NCBI GenBank assembly: GCA_963619535.1
Contig: CAVEWV010000002.1
Span: forward strand, 3,327-67,326
DNA length: 64,000 nt
Source of the DNA: Acutalibacteraceae bacterium
GTDB taxonomy: Bacteria > Actinomycetota > Coriobacteriia > Coriobacteriales > UMGS124
Direction: 5' to 3'
Shown here: piece after piece, positions 18,001-25,035 of the stretch
Layout of the letters: each line of letters begins with the position of its first letter
How positions within the stretch are numbered: the first letter of the stretch is position 1
Made by a program: the position numbers and the translations under genes
Notes under the pieces: generated by a model
The model's database searches: none
Seen by the model: only the letters and a program-made list of their open reading frames with translations
Told to the model about the DNA's origin: nothing

Positions 18001-18572
18001 AGCCCGGGCAGTTCGTGCGCATCGCCGGGGCCAGCGGCTCGGGCAAGTCCACCCTGCTCAAGCTCCTCATGCGTTTCTGGGACCCGCAGCACGGCGTGGT
18101 GGAGATGTCCGGCCACGACCTGCGGCACGTGAACACCGCGAGCCTGCGCGACACGCAGGGCTTCATGGAGCAGGACACCTTCCTGTTCGCCGACTCCATC
18201 CGCGAAAACCTGCTCATCGCCAAGGCCGACGCCAGCGACGACGAGCTCATGGGCGCCCTTGAGAAGGCCGCCCTGCGCGAACTGGTGGAGCGCCTGCCCC
18301 AGGGCCTCGACACGCCCCTGGCCGAGCTGGGAGACTCGCTGTCGGGCGGCGAGCGCCAGCGCCTGGGGCTTGCCCGAATCTTCCTGCAGGACGCCCCGCT
18401 GCTTTTGCTCGACGAGCCCACGAGCAACCTCGACGCGCTCTCGGAGGCCAGCGTGCTGCGCGCCCTGCAGGCCAACCGCCAGGGCAAGACCGTGGTCATC
18501 GTGACGCACCGCGCCAGCGCCGCCTCCATCGCCGACGTGACGTACTCGGTGGAGAAGGGCAGGCTCTGCTAG
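15069..18572 (+). CDS. Fused CydD-CydC-type ABC exporter (TMD-NBD-TMD-NBD in one polypeptide)
   Basis: It has two six-helix exporter TMDs and two NBDs (Walker A GASGSGKST twice; signatures LSGGQRQR and LSGGERQR; Walker B IFDEATS and LLLDEPTS). A ~50-aa Ala/Arg/Gly-rich linker joins the halves. The start was moved to ATG 15069 (MFDKRLL). Confidence 0.85.
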   Translation: MFDKRLLAMVPRALRYILANVGLQWVALLANVLLFIVVGQLLQAVLLGQASWSNVAGTAVTAAFAVVVRLVCQAGAQRMGLASAALAKRTVRQLVYDKLVALGPNYKERVSTSEATQLCVEGVEQLEAYFGNYLPQLFYALLASVTLFGCLAPLCTPAAIVLLCCVPLIPISIMAVMAIAKRVMGNYWSSYTDLGAMFLESIQGLTTLKVFKADARRHQVMNDTAEGFRKATMRLLTMQLNSVVIMDVFAFAGAAAGIVVMLNCYAAGGVTFGGAFAFVFLAADFFIPLRTLGSFFHTATGGMAAAERMYKILDAPEGPAGTRTIKASQADVVCKSVGYSYDGQRTVLCDVDLRAPMGSFVGVTGASGSGKSTLAGIVCGANRAYTGRVTFGGVDLRDASAESLRQTVTYVGFRSFLFAGSVRSNLLLARPKASDEELWEALRRCRIDGFVRANGGLDAPVSAEGTNLSGGQRQRLAMARALLHDTPVYIFDEATSNIDADSEAAIIETIADLARTHTVIMVSHRLAALHGCDEIYVFEDGRVVQRGTHAQLAATPGAYASLWAQQEALETFGRQVREPSRADAEGAGRAQAGAPADEDVSAASATRRPAGAQARVQRGKVATMLQLVKLTRPLLPVLAAAVVLGVLGFLAAIGITVLAASGLLSLEGQACWVAAGAAGVAAVCCGVARGPLRYAEQLCNHYMAFKVLALVRDKVFAAMRRLAPAKLECKDKGDLVSLVTSDVELLEVFYAHTLSPAAIALIVSLIMLAFIGGQAPQLVPFAACAFLCVGVVVPWASSRYTADSGLAVREGVARMNTYVLDSLRGLSETLQFGAGRKSSGELSWRMDELAATERRLKGRGANAMAVSGAVVLLLDVAMVLMAAALVMQGRLEFGRAVMAASAFMASFGPLLAVAALGSTLQQTLAAGSRVLDLLEEAPQTPEVVDGIDLEGFEGTALRRVNFSYADEAILTDIDLAVEPGQFVRIAGASGSGKSTLLKLLMRFWDPQHGVVEMSGHDLRHVNTASLRDTQGFMEQDTFLFADSIRENLLIAKADASDDELMGALEKAALRELVERLPQGLDTPLAELGDSLSGGERQRLGLARIFLQDAPLLLLDEPTSNLDALSEASVLRALQANRQGKTVVIVTHRASAASIADVTYSVEKGRLC

Positions 18573-18605
18573 GGCCGAGGGGCGCAAGGCCCGCAGACCG
18601 GCTCA

Positions 18606-18707
18606 GCGCACGGGACCACCCGCCACTTGGGCACGCGGGGCCAGCCGCGAGCCCCAGGGCGCAGGGGCGCCCACCACTCGGGCGCACGGAGCCACCCGCC
18701 AGTCCGG
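18606..18707. repeat. Four degenerate tandem units of about 25-27 nt
   Basis: The units are GCGCACGGGACCACCCGCCACTTGGG (18606), CACGCGGGGCCAGCCGCGAGCCCCAGGG (18632), GCGCAGGGGCGCCCACCACTCGGG (18659) and CGCACGGAGCCACCCGCCAGTCCGG (18683). The array is intergenic. Confidence 0.55.
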
Positions 18708-18720
18708 CCCGCACAACAAA

Positions 18721-18758
18721 GGCTGCCTCCCACACACGCATGTGGGAGGCAGCCTTTT
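18721..18758. terminator. Bidirectional intrinsic terminator between the convergent ABC exporter gene and the small minus-strand ORF
   Basis: A 14-bp perfect stem GGCTGCCTCCCACA/TGTGGGAGGCAGCC (18721-18734/18741-18754) with a 6-nt loop has TTTT on the plus strand after the stem. A-rich sequence before the stem gives a T-tract on the minus strand. Confidence 0.75.
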
Positions 18759-18793
18759 CGTTGGAGCCGGAAACGCGCGGGCACACGCGACGC

Positions 18794-18991
18794 TTAGAGG
18801 CGCCCTGTCTCGTGCCCTTCTTGCCCGACGACTTCTTCTTGGCAGCCATCTTCGTCTTGGTCTGTCGCCCCATCTTGAGCCTTGTAACCCTTGTAGATGG
18901 GGACGGCGATAACGAGCACGATGACGACGACGAGAACCGCGATGATGAGCCAGAACTGCCAGGGCGCAAGAATCATGCCGAAGAAATCCAT
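18794..18991 (-). CDS. Small single-pass membrane protein with an acidic C-terminus (hypothetical)
   Basis: ATG 18991 has AAGGA 7 nt upstream. The sequence is MDFFGMILAPWQFWLIIAVLVVVIVLVIAVPIYKGYK..DQDEDG.. No family was recognised. Confidence 0.45.
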   Translation of the reverse strand: MDFFGMILAPWQFWLIIAVLVVVIVLVIAVPIYKGYKAQDGATDQDEDGCQEEVVGQEGHETGRL

Positions 18992-19091
18992 GGTCGATCC
19001 TTTCATGAGAAGTGCGTCCGGCGCCTGCGCGACGCGCCGGAACCACGGGAAGTCTACCCCAGCTGTGGAATACCAAACGCGCATTTCGGCC

Positions 19092-19121
19092 AGAGAAAGG
19101 GGGCCTGCCAGGCAGGCCCCC
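19092..19121 (-). terminator. Hairpin terminator downstream of purL
   Basis: The stem GGGGGCCTGCC (19099-19109), A, GGCAGGCCCCC (19111-19121) is followed on the minus strand by TTTCTCT. It lies 39 nt after the purL stop. Confidence 0.5.
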
Positions 19122-19159
19122 TCAACGGCGCTCTCAAGCGATGCGCGGCGATCGTGCCT

Positions 19160-22100
19160 TTACGCGAAGTACGCCACGCCGCCCTCGAAGATAGGCTGGT
19201 ACTTGTTGCCGGGCACGTTGGCATAGAGGCCCGCGCCCGCGCGCTCGGAGTGGCCCATCTTGCCCAGGACGCGCCCGTCGGGGCTCGTGATGCCCTCGAT
19301 GGCCAGAAGCGAGCCGTTGGGGTTCACCGACAGGTCCATGCCGGGCACGCCGGCCTCGTCCACGTACTGCGTGGCCACCTGGCCCGCGGCCAGCATGGAG
19401 GCGAGCACCTCGTCGTTGGCGACGAAGCGGCCCTCGCCGTGGCTGATGGCCACCGTGTGGACGTCGCCCACCTCGCACTTGCTGAGCCAGGGCGACAGGT
19501 TGGAGGCCACGCGCGTGCGCACCAGGCGGCTCTGGTGGCGGCCGATATTGTTGAACGTGAGCGTGGGGCAGCCCGCGTCCATGGGACGAATGTCGCCGAA
19601 GGGCACGAGGCCCAGCTTCACGAGGGCCTGGAAGCCGTTGCAGATGCCCAGCATGAGGCCGTCGCGGCCCTGGAGCAGGTCGCGCACAGCCTCAGTCACC
19701 TGCGGGGCGCGGAAGAAGGCCGTGATGAACTTGGCAGAGCCGTCGGGCTCGTCGCCGCCGGAGAAACCGCCGGGGATCATGCAGATCTGGCTGGAGCGGA
19801 TGGCCTGGGCCAGGCGCTCGGTGCTCTCGGCCACCTTCGCGGGCGTGAGGTTGTTGATGATGAGCGTCTCCACCTGGGCGCCGGCGCGCTCGAAGGCGCG
19901 AGCCGAGTCGTACTCGCAGTTGTTGCCGGGGAAGACCGGGATGATGACGCGCGGCTTGGGGGTGCGCCCGCCGGTGAAGACGTGCGGGGCCTGCGCCGTG
20001 AAGCTCACCGGCTCCACCGCGTCGCCCGCCCCGCGATAGGGGAAGACGTCCTCGATGCCGTGCTCCCAGGCCTGCTGCAGGCCGGCCAGGTCGATGGCCT
20101 CGGCGCCGGTGCGCTCGCCCGAGGAGGCAACCGTGCCCGGATAGGCCAGCTCGTAGGCCTGCGTGGTGGCGCCCAGGCGCGTGACGGCGACGCTCGCGAT
20201 GCGGGGGGCCACCTGCGCGCCCTCGGCCAGCTCAACGATGAAGCTGCCGTAGGCCGGCACGAACAGCTCGTCGATATCGAAGGAGCGGTCGAGTTCGACG
20301 CCCAGCTGGTTGCCCACGCACATCTTGAAGAGGGCCTCGGCAAGTCCGCCGTAGCCGGGCGTGGAGACGGCGAGCGCCTCGCCCTTGGCGATGAGCTCCT
20401 CCACCAGGTCGAACGCCTCGAGCAGGCCCTTCTTGCCGGGCACGATGCTGCCCAGCTCGCAGGCGGGCTGGATGAGCAGCAGCTCGTGGCCCGCGCCCTT
20501 GAGCTCGGGAGAGGTGGCGCGGCCAACCTTGCCCACGGCCGTGGCGAAGGAGACGAGCGTGGGCGGCACGTCGAGGTCCTCGAAGGAGCCGCTCATGGAG
20601 TCCTTGCCGCCGATGGAGCCCACGCCCAGGTCGATCTGGGCGTCGAGGGCGCCCAGCACGCTCGCCACAGGCTTGCCCCAACGGGCGGGCTCGTCGCGCA
20701 GCTTCTCGAAGTACTCCTGGAAGGTGAGGTAGGCCTTCTTGTGCTCGAAGCCGGCGGCCACGAGCTTGGAGAGGCTCTCGACCACGGCCAGGTAGGCGCC
20801 CTGGTACTGGTTGGCAGCCGACAGATAGGGGTTGAAGCCCCAGGCCATGCCGCTCATCGTGGTGGTCTCGCCGAACACCGGCAGCTTGGCCGCCATCGCC
20901 ATGGAGGGCGTGAGCTGGGTCTTGCCGCCGAAGGGCATGAGCACGGTGGCCGCACCGATGGTGGAGTCGAAGCGCTCGGAGAGGCCCTTGTTGGAGGCGA
21001 CGTTGAGGTCGGTGAGAACGCTCGTCAGGCGCTCGGCCAGCGTGTCGCCCGCCCAGGCGGGAGCGTAGGAGCCGCCGGCCTGCACGCTCACGGCCTGGTG
21101 CTTGGGGGCGCCGTTGGAGGCGAGGAACTCGCGGCTCACGTCGACGATGGTGTCGCCGTCCCACACCATGCGCACGCGGGCCTCCTCGGTCACGCGCGCG
21201 ATGGGCGTGGCCTCGAGGTTCTCCTCGGTGGCGTAGCCGATGAAGGTCTCCACGTCCTCGGGGGCCAAGGCCACGGCCATGCGCTCCTGGCTCTCGGCGA
21301 TGGCCAGCTCGGTGCCGTCGAGGCCCTCGTACTTCTTGGGCACGCGGTCCAGGTCGATGAACAGGCCGTCGGCCAGCTCGCCCACGGCCACGGAGACGCC
21401 GCCGGCGCCGAAGTCGTTGCAGCGCTTGATGAGGCGGCAGGCGTCGCCGCGGCGGAAGAGGCGCTGGATCTTGCGCTCCACGGGGGCGTTGCCCTTCTGC
21501 ACCTCGGCGCCGCAGGTCTCGATGCTCTCGTGGTTGTGGGCCTTGGAGGAGCCGGTGGCGCCGCCGATGCCGTCGCGGCCCGTGCGGCCGCCGAGCAGCA
21601 CGATGACGTCGCCGGGGGCCGGGGTCTCGCGGCGCACGTGGTCGGCCGGCGTGGCGCCCACCACGGCGCCGATCTCCATGCGCTTGGCGGCGTAGCCGGG
21701 GTGGTACAGCTCGTTGACCTGGCCCGTTGCCAGGCCGATCTGGTTGCCGTAGCTGGAGTAGCCGGCGGCGGCGGTGGTCACGAGCTTGCGCTGGGGAAGC
21801 TTGCCGGGGATGGTCTGGCTCACCGGCACCGTGGGGTCGGCCGCGCCCGTCACGCGCATGGCCTGGTACACGTAGCTGCGGCCCGACAGGGGGTCGCGGA
21901 TGGCGCCGCCCACGCAGGTGGCCGCCCCGCCGAAGGGCTCGATCTCGGTGGGGTGGTTGTGGGTCTCGTTCTTGAAGAGGTAGAGCCAGTCCTCGTCCTG
22001 GCCGTCGACGTCGACCTTCACCTTGACGGTGCAGGCGTTGATCTCCTCCGACTCGTCCAGGCCCGTGAGGATGCCCTTGCTCTTGAGCCAGCGCGCGCCG

Positions 22101-22912
22101 ATGGTGCCCATGTCCATGAGGCACTGGGGCTTGGCGTCGCGGCCCAGCTCGTGGCGCATGTCGAGGTAGCGCTCATAGGCGGCCTTGACCTGCGGGTCTT
22201 CAATCTCGATGTCGGTCAGGACCGTGCCGAAGGTGGTGTGGCGGCAGTGGTCGGACCAGTAGGTGTCGATCATCTTGATCTCGGTGATGGTGGGGTTGCG
22301 GCCCTCGGAGGTGAAGTACTCCTGGCAGAACTTGATGTCGGCCAGGTCCATGGCCAGGCCGCGCTGGGCGATGAAGGCCGCCAGGCCCGCCTCGTCGAGG
22401 TCGCAGAAGCCCTCGACCGTCTCCACGCGCGCCGGCTTGGGGAACTCGACGTGCAGGGTGGCCGGCAGCTCGAGGCTGGCCAGGCGCGCCTCGACGGGGT
22501 TCACCACGTAGTGCTTCACGGTCTCAACGGCCTCGGGGGCAAGGGCGCCCGACAGGACGTACACCTTGGCGGAACGCACCTCGGGGCGCTCGCCCTGGCT
22601 GATGAGCTGCACGCACTCGGCGGCGGAGGCGGCGCGCTGGTCGAACTGGCCGGGCAGGAACTCCACAGCGAACACCACGTCGCCCTCGGCCGTCTCGAAG
22701 TCGGCCGAGGCGTTGTCGGACTGCGGCTCGCTGAACACGGTGGGGACGCACGCCTCGAAGAGCTCGGGCGAGATGCCCTCGACGTCGTAGCGGTTGATGA
22801 GGCGCACCGACTCCAGGCCCTCGATGCCCAGGATGGCCGTCAGCTCGCCCTTGAGCTGCTGGGCCTCGACGTCAAACCCGGGCTTCTTCTCCACGTAAAC
22901 GCGCGAAACCAT
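19160..22912 (-). CDS. purL: Phosphoribosylformylglycinamidine (FGAM) synthase, large single-chain form (synthetase + glutaminase domains)
   Basis: This ~1250-aa protein begins MVSRVYVEKKPGFDVEAQQL. It has AIRS-like repeats (HNHPTEIEPFGGAATCVGGAIRD) and a C-terminal class I glutamine amidotransferase (GICNGFQAL...HGEGRF). The start was moved to ATG 22912. Confidence 0.95.
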   Translation of the reverse strand: MVSRVYVEKKPGFDVEAQQLKGELTAILGIEGLESVRLINRYDVEGISPELFEACVPTVFSEPQSDNASADFETAEGDVVFAVEFLPGQFDQRAASAAECVQLISQGERPEVRSAKVYVLSGALAPEAVETVKHYVVNPVEARLASLELPATLHVEFPKPARVETVEGFCDLDEAGLAAFIAQRGLAMDLADIKFCQEYFTSEGRNPTITEIKMIDTYWSDHCRHTTFGTVLTDIEIEDPQVKAAYERYLDMRHELGRDAKPQCLMDMGTIGARWLKSKGILTGLDESEEINACTVKVKVDVDGQDEDWLYLFKNETHNHPTEIEPFGGAATCVGGAIRDPLSGRSYVYQAMRVTGAADPTVPVSQTIPGKLPQRKLVTTAAAGYSSYGNQIGLATGQVNELYHPGYAAKRMEIGAVVGATPADHVRRETPAPGDVIVLLGGRTGRDGIGGATGSSKAHNHESIETCGAEVQKGNAPVERKIQRLFRRGDACRLIKRCNDFGAGGVSVAVGELADGLFIDLDRVPKKYEGLDGTELAIAESQERMAVALAPEDVETFIGYATEENLEATPIARVTEEARVRMVWDGDTIVDVSREFLASNGAPKHQAVSVQAGGSYAPAWAGDTLAERLTSVLTDLNVASNKGLSERFDSTIGAATVLMPFGGKTQLTPSMAMAAKLPVFGETTTMSGMAWGFNPYLSAANQYQGAYLAVVESLSKLVAAGFEHKKAYLTFQEYFEKLRDEPARWGKPVASVLGALDAQIDLGVGSIGGKDSMSGSFEDLDVPPTLVSFATAVGKVGRATSPELKGAGHELLLIQPACELGSIVPGKKGLLEAFDLVEELIAKGEALAVSTPGYGGLAEALFKMCVGNQLGVELDRSFDIDELFVPAYGSFIVELAEGAQVAPRIASVAVTRLGATTQAYELAYPGTVASSGERTGAEAIDLAGLQQAWEHGIEDVFPYRGAGDAVEPVSFTAQAPHVFTGGRTPKPRVIIPVFPGNNCEYDSARAFERAGAQVETLIINNLTPAKVAESTERLAQAIRSSQICMIPGGFSGGDEPDGSAKFITAFFRAPQVTEAVRDLLQGRDGLMLGICNGFQALVKLGLVPFGDIRPMDAGCPTLTFNNIGRHQSRLVRTRVASNLSPWLSKCEVGDVHTVAISHGEGRFVANDEVLASMLAAGQVATQYVDEAGVPGMDLSVNPNGSLLAIEGITSPDGRVLGKMGHSERAGAGLYANVPGNKYQPIFEGGVAYFA

Positions 22913-22938
22913 GTGACCCCACCTTCGGATAGACTGGT

Positions 22939-22950
22939 CGTTTGCAAACG
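22939..22950. promoter_or_regulatory. Perfect 12-bp palindrome CGTTTGCAAACG in the purL leader (candidate operator)
   Basis: It lies 27-38 nt upstream of the purL ATG and contains two GCAAACG half-sites like those of the E. coli PUR box, but in the opposite relative arrangement. Confidence 0.3.
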
Positions 22951-23130
22951 CACATACGCCGCCATGATAAAACAGCCGCCCCGACAACCACCAGCTCAGG
23001 GTCTAGAAACAGCCAGGGCGCACTGTACGCGCAGAATCAAGTCGGCACGGTTTCGGCCGAGCCTACTGCGGCACGCTCACCCAAGACGCGGCGCGGGCCC
23101 AAAGGGCCCCCATGCCGCCCGCCGTCCACG

Positions 23131-23166
23131 AAAAAGCCTCCCGTCAGCGCGGTGCCGACGGGAGGC
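23131..23166 (-). terminator. Rho-independent terminator after the 23198-24007 gene, separating purC from purL
   Basis: The stem GCCTCCCGTC/GACGGGAGGC (23136-23145/23157-23166) with an 11-nt loop is followed on the minus strand by TTTTT (23135-23131). Confidence 0.7.
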
Positions 23167-23197
23167 CTTGGGAGTGCCGGGTGTGCCCGGAAGTGCG

Positions 23198-24007
23198 TTA
23201 GCGCTTGGAGTTCGCGAAGTCGCGGGCGACCTTCTCGGCGGCGGCGAGACGCTCCTGCTCGGGGGTGAGGGGCTCGGGCTGGGCCTTGGCCTTCTTGGCG
23301 GGCTCGGCGTCCTGCTCCTTCTTCGCATCCTCGTCGGCGTCGTGGGCGGCGGGCTTGCCGGCCATGATGGCCTCGCTTGCGGCCTGGGCGGCCTCCTCCA
23401 CCTCAGCGGGGGTCTTGCCGGCCTTCTTGGCCTCCTTGCGGGCCTTCTTGGCGGCGTCGCGGGCGGCGGCGATCGTCTGCTCCTCCACGATGAGGCGCTC
23501 CTGCTGCTTGCGCGTCATGGAGGCCACCTTGTCGCGGTGTTTGTTGCGGCACTTGCGCACCACAGTGAAGTCCATGACGAGGGCGCCGATGATGGCGGCG
23601 TAGGCCAGGATGAGCATGGCGACGTTCACGGCCACGGGCACGTTCATCGACATCGTGGCCCAGGAGAGCACGGTGAAGATGACGGCGAGCACGAGCAGCA
23701 CCCACCAGGTGCGGCGCAGCTTCTTGTACTTCTCGTCCTTGCGGGTGAGGATGTCCACGGCGGTGTAGGCGATGTTCTCGCCCTCGCGCTCCTTGGCGCG
23801 GGCGGCGCGCTTCTCCTCCTTGGACATGTTCATCTCGGCCATGGCGCGCTGCTTGGCGTTCTTGGGCTTGGGCTTGCCCTCGGTGCGCACCGAGGCCGCA
23901 GCCTTCGAGGCGGGCTTGGCCGAGGCGGCGCGAGGCTTCACGGAGCCTTGGGAACGGCCCTCGCGCTCGACGGTGTATCGCTCGTTCTGAGGGTTGCGCA
24001 TGCTCAT
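23198..24007 (-). CDS. Lys/Ala/Glu-rich protein with two central TM helices (hypothetical)
   Basis: ATG 24007 overlaps the purC stop (TAATG). The central segment WWVLLVLAVIFTVLSWATM...VAVNVAMLILAYAAIIGALVM is flanked by highly charged low-complexity arms. No family was recognised. Confidence 0.65.
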   Translation of the reverse strand: MSMRNPQNERYTVEREGRSQGSVKPRAASAKPASKAAASVRTEGKPKPKNAKQRAMAEMNMSKEEKRAARAKEREGENIAYTAVDILTRKDEKYKKLRRTWWVLLVLAVIFTVLSWATMSMNVPVAVNVAMLILAYAAIIGALVMDFTVVRKCRNKHRDKVASMTRKQQERLIVEEQTIAAARDAAKKARKEAKKAGKTPAEVEEAAQAASEAIMAGKPAAHDADEDAKKEQDAEPAKKAKAQPEPLTPEQERLAAAEKVARDFANSKR

Positions 24008-24897
24008 TAGCAGGACCCCTCGCTCACGAACTCCAGCCCGGTGAGCATGGTGTAGGCCTCGCGGTACTTGAGCGAGGTGGCCTCGAGCACGTCGGCGGGA
24101 AGCGCGGGCGCGTCGCCCTTGCGGTCGGCCCAGTTGGCATTGAGCCAGTTGCGCACGAACTGCTTGTCGAAGCTGTCCTGCACCTTGCCCTCCTCGTAGG
24201 CGTCGGCGCGCCAGAAACGGCTGGAGTCGGGCGTGATGCACTCGTCGATGAGGGTCATCTGGCCGTCGATGATGCCGAACTCGAACTTGGTGTCGGCGAT
24301 GATGATGCCGCGCTCGGCCGCGTAATCAGCCGCGGCGCTGTAGATCTTGATGGACAGGTCGCGCAGCTGGGAGGCGACCTCCTCGCCCTCGCGGTCGACG
24401 AGCTGGGCATAGGAGATGTTCTCGTCATGGTCGCCCAGGGCGGCCTTGGTGGAGGGGGTGAAGATGGGCTCGGAGAGCTTGGAGGCCTCGGTGAGGCCGG
24501 CGGGCAGTTGGATGCCGCACACGGTTCCGTCCTGGTCGTAGGTCTTCTTGCCGCTGCCGGTGAGGTAGCCGCGCACGATGCACTCCACCATGACGGGCTT
24601 GGCCTTCTTCACGAGCATGCTGCGGCCCGCCAGGTAGCCGGCGTAGGGCTGGAACTTCTCGGGCAGGTCGGCCACGGAGGTGGACAGCATGTGGTTGGGC
24701 ACGAGGTCGGCGAACTTCTCGAACCAGAACTTGGAAATGCGCGTGAGCACCTCGCCCTTGAAGGGGATCTCGGAGGGGAGCATGTAGTCGAACGCGCTGA
24801 TGCGGTCGGAGGCGACGATGAGCAGCTTGTCGCCCAGGTCGTAGATGTCGCGCACCTTGCCCTGCGAGTCGGGCCTCATCATGGTGGTCTGGGACAC
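24007..24897 (-). CDS. purC: Phosphoribosylaminoimidazole-succinocarboxamide (SAICAR) synthase
   Basis: It reads GKVRDIYDLGDKLLIVASDRISAFD...GYLTGSG...IIADTKFEFG. The start was chosen at GTG 24897 (VSQTTMM), with GGAGA 6 nt upstream. In-frame ATGs at 24882 and 24879 are alternatives. Confidence 0.9.
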   Translation of the reverse strand: MSQTTMMRPDSQGKVRDIYDLGDKLLIVASDRISAFDYMLPSEIPFKGEVLTRISKFWFEKFADLVPNHMLSTSVADLPEKFQPYAGYLAGRSMLVKKAKPVMVECIVRGYLTGSGKKTYDQDGTVCGIQLPAGLTEASKLSEPIFTPSTKAALGDHDENISYAQLVDREGEEVASQLRDLSIKIYSAAADYAAERGIIIADTKFEFGIIDGQMTLIDECITPDSSRFWRADAYEEGKVQDSFDKQFVRNWLNANWADRKGDAPALPADVLEATSLKYREAYTMLTGLEFVSEGSC

Positions 24898-24990
24898 GGG
24901 TAATCTCCTCTCGACGCGGGTGGGCCCCACTGCCCGCCCCACGAACCCTGTGCATAGACGGATTATTTTAGGACGCAGGCGCATCATGGC

Positions 24991-25032
24991 GGCAGCGCCG
25001 CGCAGTCTATAGAAAAACCGCGCGGCGCTGCC
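24991..25032 (-). terminator. Strong hairpin immediately after the histidine kinase stop (probable terminator)
   Basis: A 13-bp stem GGCAGCGCCGCGC/GCGCGGCGCTGCC (24991-25003/25020-25032) with a 16-nt loop. There is no clear U-tract. Confidence 0.5.
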
Positions 25033-25035
25033 TGC

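Noticed and set aside
22913-23130. A ZTP (pfl) or purine riboswitch in the purL leader, and likewise upstream of purC (24898-24990).
   Set aside because: I could not find the conserved cores (GGGUCGUGACUGGCG…CCGCCUGGGC for ZTP; the U-rich junctions of the purine aptamer). There is only loose GC-rich resemblance. It needs cmscan to settle.
18740-24010. A 1756-aa plus-strand ORF, with similar giants at 36386-41344 (+), 7379-9691 (+), 16173-18587 (-), 332-1735 (+), 2075-3784 (-) and 43639-45486 (+).
   Set aside because: They run antisense to genes with clear family motifs (purL, the reductases, por, the ABC exporter, serS). Their translations are low-complexity Ala/Gly/Arg/His/Val/Asp strings with no motifs. 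Stop-codon-poor antisense frames are expected at this G+C content.
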